Below, piece by piece: positions 59,463 through 63,180 of a stretch of DNA of 63,180 nucleotides (positions within the stretch are counted from its first letter, which is position 1; each line of letters opens with the position of its first letter). The notes under the pieces were generated by a model. That model had not been told where the DNA came from. It did not search any database and saw only the letters and a program-made list of their open reading frames with translations. The position numbers and the translations under genes are program-made. Origin of the DNA: a virus (lineage: Duplodnaviria; Caudoviricetes). Location: positions 1-63,180 of the IMG/VR virus record IMGVR_UViG_3300042898_003076; one strand, written 5' to 3'.

Positions 59463-60008
59463 TTAGAACTCTTTTAAAAGGGTGTAAGTAAAGGCTTTTT
59501 GCTTAGTTGCTTCAGCTGCTGCTAGAACTTTAGCAAAGTCTGCTGGATTATTAAGAACTTGACAACCGGCTGACCACTTGTCTATAAGCTTAGAAGTAAA
59601 CTTCTCATTAGCTCTGTGGATGTTTATACCAAACAAGCCCTTATCTATAGTAGCTGTTTCTTCTGCTTTGTCATCTAAGTTTTTGTCACGGAATACCTCA
59701 ACTGGTTTAACTTGACAAAAAGCTTTGTACTTTCCTTGGTGCATACCTATAGACCAAGTATCTTTATACTGGTTAGCTTTAAGTAATGCTGCACCTTTTG
59801 GGTTAAGCAAGTTCTTTAACCAGTGTGTACCTGGGTTAGTAGTGCATGTAAACCATTCTACTTTATTACCATATACCATACCAAACAAGTCATCAAACTG
59901 GTTAGGTAAGTTAGCTGTAGATCTAATGCCTACAAAGTGAAATGGAAGCCACTCATAATTGTGTTTTTGGAATTCAGCTTTAAGCTCTTCTATTGTATAT
60001 TTTTTCAT
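59463..60008 (-). CDS. Putative endolysin with L,D-transpeptidase-like catalytic motif
   Basis: GINIHRA...KWSAGCQV (His...S-x-G-Cys); FDD and TTNPG motifs; next to holin-like genes. Confidence 0.7.
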   Translation of the reverse strand: MKKYTIEELKAEFQKHNYEWLPFHFVGIRSTANLPNQFDDLFGMVYGNKVEWFTCTTNPGTHWLKNLLNPKGAALLKANQYKDTWSIGMHQGKYKAFCQVKPVEVFRDKNLDDKAEETATIDKGLFGINIHRANEKFTSKLIDKWSAGCQVLNNPADFAKVLAAAEATKQKAFTYTLLKEF

Positions 60009-60022
60009 AGTCTATTATTTTA

Positions 60023-60694
60023 TTAATATGTTTTATTTAAGATAAAGATGTCACTGTATATGTTGTTTCCTGTAGAAGCATTTTGCCATTGAGCTGTTAC
60101 ATCTAATACATTAGGAATTGTTGTATTAAATGTTGTATTATTAACTACATTAAATCCAAATCCTTGAACAGAAGCATTGTTAGTTTTTGTATAATGAAAT
60201 GAACCTAAACTTACAATAGATGCTACACCTGGACCTCCTATAGCTCTGATAGTGAAATCAATATTTAAAGACCATACATCATTTATAACACTGCTTCCCA
60301 AATTTTGTAGAAGACTATCTAAAAGGATAACAGGTCCTGTTTTAACTCTAATTCTAATATTTTGATTATTATTAGCATTTATTACACCACCAAACACAGC
60401 TCTAAAACTATCACCTACTTGAAATCCATTAGCTGGTACAGTTAATGTACCTACACCACCATTAATAAGAGTACTTTCTACAGTGGTGTTAGTGATTATA
60501 CTACTGTTTCCTGTTTGAGCAAATAGACCATAATTAGTAGTTGGAATAGTACCTGGAATAGTAACTATTGTTTTACCACCAGCATCCGTTGCTGTCACTC
60601 CTGTACCAACAAAATTCATAATCTGTCTATGAGGAAGATTAGAACCTTCTTCTTGAGCTAATGTATATCCTGTTCTACTTATCTGATTTCCCAT
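60023..60694 (-). CDS. Tail fibre-like/structural beta protein
   Basis: IMNFVGTGVTATDAGGKTIVTI fibre-shaft-like motif followed by a beta-sandwich-like domain. Confidence 0.5.
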   Translation of the reverse strand: MGNQISRTGYTLAQEEGSNLPHRQIMNFVGTGVTATDAGGKTIVTIPGTIPTTNYGLFAQTGNSSIITNTTVESTLINGGVGTLTVPANGFQVGDSFRAVFGGVINANNNQNIRIRVKTGPVILLDSLLQNLGSSVINDVWSLNIDFTIRAIGGPGVASIVSLGSFHYTKTNNASVQGFGFNVVNNTTFNTTIPNVLDVTAQWQNASTGNNIYSDIFILNKTY

Positions 60695-60696
60695 GA

Positions 60697-61344
60697 TTAG
60701 ATTACATAAGTGATTATAAATGTAGTACCTGTTGCATCATATACAAAGTTACCAGTAGCAAATTTGTTGTTTAATCCACCAGCATCATAACTTAAAGTTA
60801 CACCACCAGGAACAGAAATAGTTGTTCCTCCAATTGTAACTGCACCAGACATTGTATTAGCATTAAAGATAGATACAGTCATTGGATTACCGGGAATTGT
60901 TCCAGAAGTAGAAGTACTAATTACTTTAGCTGTTCTAGTAGCAGTTGTATCTGCAGCAATGTTTGAGGTATCGGCATCTATACTTGTAAGCAGCAACACC
61001 ATCTGAGCTAAATGGAAATCTGGATTAAGGTATACTACAGGACCTACAGGTATTACTACGTTACCTTCAGCATCATAATATACAGGAGGATCAAATGTAG
61101 TTCCATTCCATATTCTTACTTCAAGATATACTGGACAGTTTGCAGGACATCCTGTACCACCTTGATCTTCTACCAGGGTTTGAATAAAATTTTGACCATT
61201 TTGTAAAGCAGCAAGTATACTTAATAAAGTGCCTCCTGATGTTGTACAACAGTCTTTTATTCCTCCAAGTAATTGGAGATTAGCTAGTTGGTAAGGGAAG
61301 TTATTACTTCTATTACCTTGGTCTTTAAGATTACCTATACTCAT
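60697..61344 (-). CDS. Structural protein, paralog of 61447..61713
   Basis: N-terminus MSIGNLKDQGNRSNNFPYQL shared with neighbour. Confidence 0.6.
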   Translation of the reverse strand: MSIGNLKDQGNRSNNFPYQLANLQLLGGIKDCCTTSGGTLLSILAALQNGQNFIQTLVEDQGGTGCPANCPVYLEVRIWNGTTFDPPVYYDAEGNVVIPVGPVVYLNPDFHLAQMVLLLTSIDADTSNIAADTTATRTAKVISTSTSGTIPGNPMTVSIFNANTMSGAVTIGGTTISVPGGVTLSYDAGGLNNKFATGNFVYDATGTTFIITYVI

Positions 61345-61446
61345 CTTTTATTATTAATTTGCTTATACTGTCTTGTAAATCTAAAAATGCATTTTCTAAT
61401 TCAATTCTTTTATCATGTTTAGGAGCTATGTAAACAATCCAATATG

Positions 61447-61713
61447 TTAAATGTATTCAATGTATAGTCCTGACTGTAGAGTTGTGTTATCAACCATCAT
61501 GATTCTGGATACTACCTGCCTAGTAGGATTAGCTACTTTCCAAGCTTGATATAAAGCTATAGTAGCAGCATTTGTAGCTCCTTGAAAGTAAGCATCCAAT
61601 ACTGATGATGCCGGTGTTACATTAGCTATTTGATCTAGCAGTTGTAATACAGCTAGTTGATAAGGAAAATTATTTCCCTTATTGCCTTGGTCTTTTAAGT
61701 TTCCTATGCTCAT
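61447..61713 (-). CDS. Structural protein, paralog of 60697..61344
   Basis: N-terminus MSIGNLKDQGNKGNNFPYQL. Confidence 0.6.
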   Translation of the reverse strand: MSIGNLKDQGNKGNNFPYQLAVLQLLDQIANVTPASSVLDAYFQGATNAATIALYQAWKVANPTRQVVSRIMMVDNTTLQSGLYIEYI

Positions 61714-61724
61714 AATTGTATGTT

Positions 61725-63080
61725 TTAAATTATTGTTACGTTTGCTCCTACACCATTTACAAATATAGTTCCAAAACCATTTACAGTTACTGGTGAACTA
61801 TTATCAATACCTAAGGATCCTTGCAGTACAGTGCAATTGTATATTGAACAACCTGGGCCAATTTCACTTATTGTTGGACTAATTCCTGATGTATCTATAC
61901 CATCAAATACACAATTTGAGATAATAGAATTATCACCTACTTGTTCTATAGAATTGAAAGAGCTTAGTTTTGCTGTTATTACTGTTAACAAATCGGAAAT
62001 TGTCTTATTAATAAGTCTTGAATCTGTAATGGTTAAAGTATTAGGAGTAAGTGTTGGGCTAGTGTTAACTACAGTAAGACTTCCAACTACGGTTTCCAAT
62101 ATAGTTATGTTGCCTGTTATAGATAGGTTTAATTGATTTATTTGTCCATTCTGCATTGTAAATGCTGATTGTAGGCCACCAACATTTGATATTGAAACAA
62201 CTGATCCAAAAAAGTTTCCTCTGATTGTACCAAGTGTTACACCTCCGTTTAAATTTCCATTTGCTGTAATGATTTGATTAAAGAAAAAAGAAGCCGCAAC
62301 AATGCTAACTGATCCTGCAGAAGTTGTTGGGCCTTGACTTGAAGTTGTTATATTTCCAAATACAACAAAACTATTGGTGTTGAGTATACCAAGGCTTTGG
62401 GCAGTTCTTACATCTCCGCCATTACCTGTTGTATTGCTTACATTAGTTATAGAAGTGTTTATATTTCCTAACTGGACATTGTTAAGTCGCATAGATACAT
62501 TTCCTGAAGTTCCTGTAGCACCTGTTGCATTAGTACTAATTGTTCCAATTGTTACATCTGTTATACTAACACTTGCAAGATTTAGACCCACATTAAATCC
62601 ATTACCTGTTGCATTTGTAGCAATAATATTTCCAAGAATAGAGCACTGAAGGTTTATCCCTTTTATTAAGACAAACCGGTTATAGTTTGCTGTAAGTGTA
62701 AGATTACCTACTGTTGCTGCGGTAGTATTTCCAACCAGTATAACAACGGTATTTGTTCCACCTAAAGCTACTTGTAAAACATTAGCTGCATCATAAGCTG
62801 TTTGAAAAGTAGTGTACACATTACTTGCAGTGCCACCCATACGAAGGGCATCACTAGCATCTCGTACTAAATAAACATAACGCACTATAGGTAGTGAACT
62901 TTCTAATAATTCACTAAGAGGAAGTGCATAAGAAGGGTAAGCGTCAGCGTTACTAGCACCACTCGCTCTATTACCTTTTTGAAAAACACCTACTTGTAGA
63001 TATGATTCAGTTGGGTCAACATCATTAGCTGTAATAAGTCTTCCTTCTTTTATAAGGGCTTGTATATTGAATATGTCCAT
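61725..63080 (-). CDS. Beta-helix tailspike-like protein
   Basis: Y.TFQTAYDAA entry motif followed by Asn/Gly/Thr-rich GNI.T repeats typical of right-handed beta-helices. Confidence 0.6.
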   Translation of the reverse strand: MDIFNIQALIKEGRLITANDVDPTESYLQVGVFQKGNRASGASNADAYPSYALPLSELLESSLPIVRYVYLVRDASDALRMGGTASNVYTTFQTAYDAANVLQVALGGTNTVVILVGNTTAATVGNLTLTANYNRFVLIKGINLQCSILGNIIATNATGNGFNVGLNLASVSITDVTIGTISTNATGATGTSGNVSMRLNNVQLGNINTSITNVSNTTGNGGDVRTAQSLGILNTNSFVVFGNITTSSQGPTTSAGSVSIVAASFFFNQIITANGNLNGGVTLGTIRGNFFGSVVSISNVGGLQSAFTMQNGQINQLNLSITGNITILETVVGSLTVVNTSPTLTPNTLTITDSRLINKTISDLLTVITAKLSSFNSIEQVGDNSIISNCVFDGIDTSGISPTISEIGPGCSIYNCTVLQGSLGIDNSSPVTVNGFGTIFVNGVGANVTII

Positions 63081-63118
63081 TTTATTGTTCTATTATTTTA
63101 AGTTGCCTACACTTATAA

Positions 63119-63180
63119 TTACTTGCTGTTTATAAGATTAACAAATGTAGCTACTATTGCTTTCTCTTCAGAAGAAAGAG
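63119..63180 (-). CDS. C-terminal end of an upstream gene (partial)
   Basis: ...LSSEEKAIVATFVNLINSK* ending at TAA 63119-63121. Confidence 0.45.
   Translation of the reverse strand, partial: LSSEEKAIVATFVNLINSK

Noticed and set aside
61334-61456. Short open frame (TYWIVYIAPKHDKRIELENAFLDLQDSISKLII) between the paralogous genes
   Set aside because: No ATG/GTG start in frame and no clear slippery site; cannot support as a gene.
165-62649. Numerous plus-strand ORFs of 60-160 aa in the ORF track
   Set aside because: All lie antisense to long minus-strand genes, have Ser/Phe/Leu-rich shadow composition and show no motifs.
1-63180. Stop-codon reassignment as seen in some crAss-like phages
   Set aside because: Long genes are intact in the standard code, and TAA, TAG (42497, 42949) and TGA (34394, 53228) all act as coupled stops.
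1-63180. tRNA or rRNA genes
   Set aside because: Intergenic spaces are short and none shows a cloverleaf with a T-loop consensus.

Overview
An AT-rich, almost entirely minus-strand segment of a crAss-like (Crassvirales-type, podovirus-like) phage genome, most likely infecting a Bacteroidota host (A-rich leaders without Shine-Dalgarno, TAnnTTT-type promoters). In transcription order (right to left): tail/spike-like genes; a lysis cassette (L,D-transpeptidase-fold endolysin candidate, tandem-PAS membrane protein, holin-like genes); RepL-like, IHF/HU-like and PD-(D/E)XK genes; terminase, portal, scaffold and major capsid protein; a cluster of tiny Lys-rich ORFs (most missed by the ORF track); a Dps/ferritin-like gene; about 11 kb of very Cys-rich structural genes; tail ring and muzzle genes; and five giant virion cargo proteins, the last with a HExxH zincin motif and running off the left edge. 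The most notable items are (1) a BdlA/MCP-type PAS-PAS sensor fused to a holin-like membrane module in the lysis cassette, possibly environment-gated lysis, (2) a polyvalent cargo protein with wall hydrolase, GNAT-like and Zn-ribbon modules joined by recurring xxGG linkers, (3) the Cys-rich fibre locus and (4) a GC-rich structured RNA just after the capsid stop codon. All assignments come from motif reading and synteny; no database searches were run.
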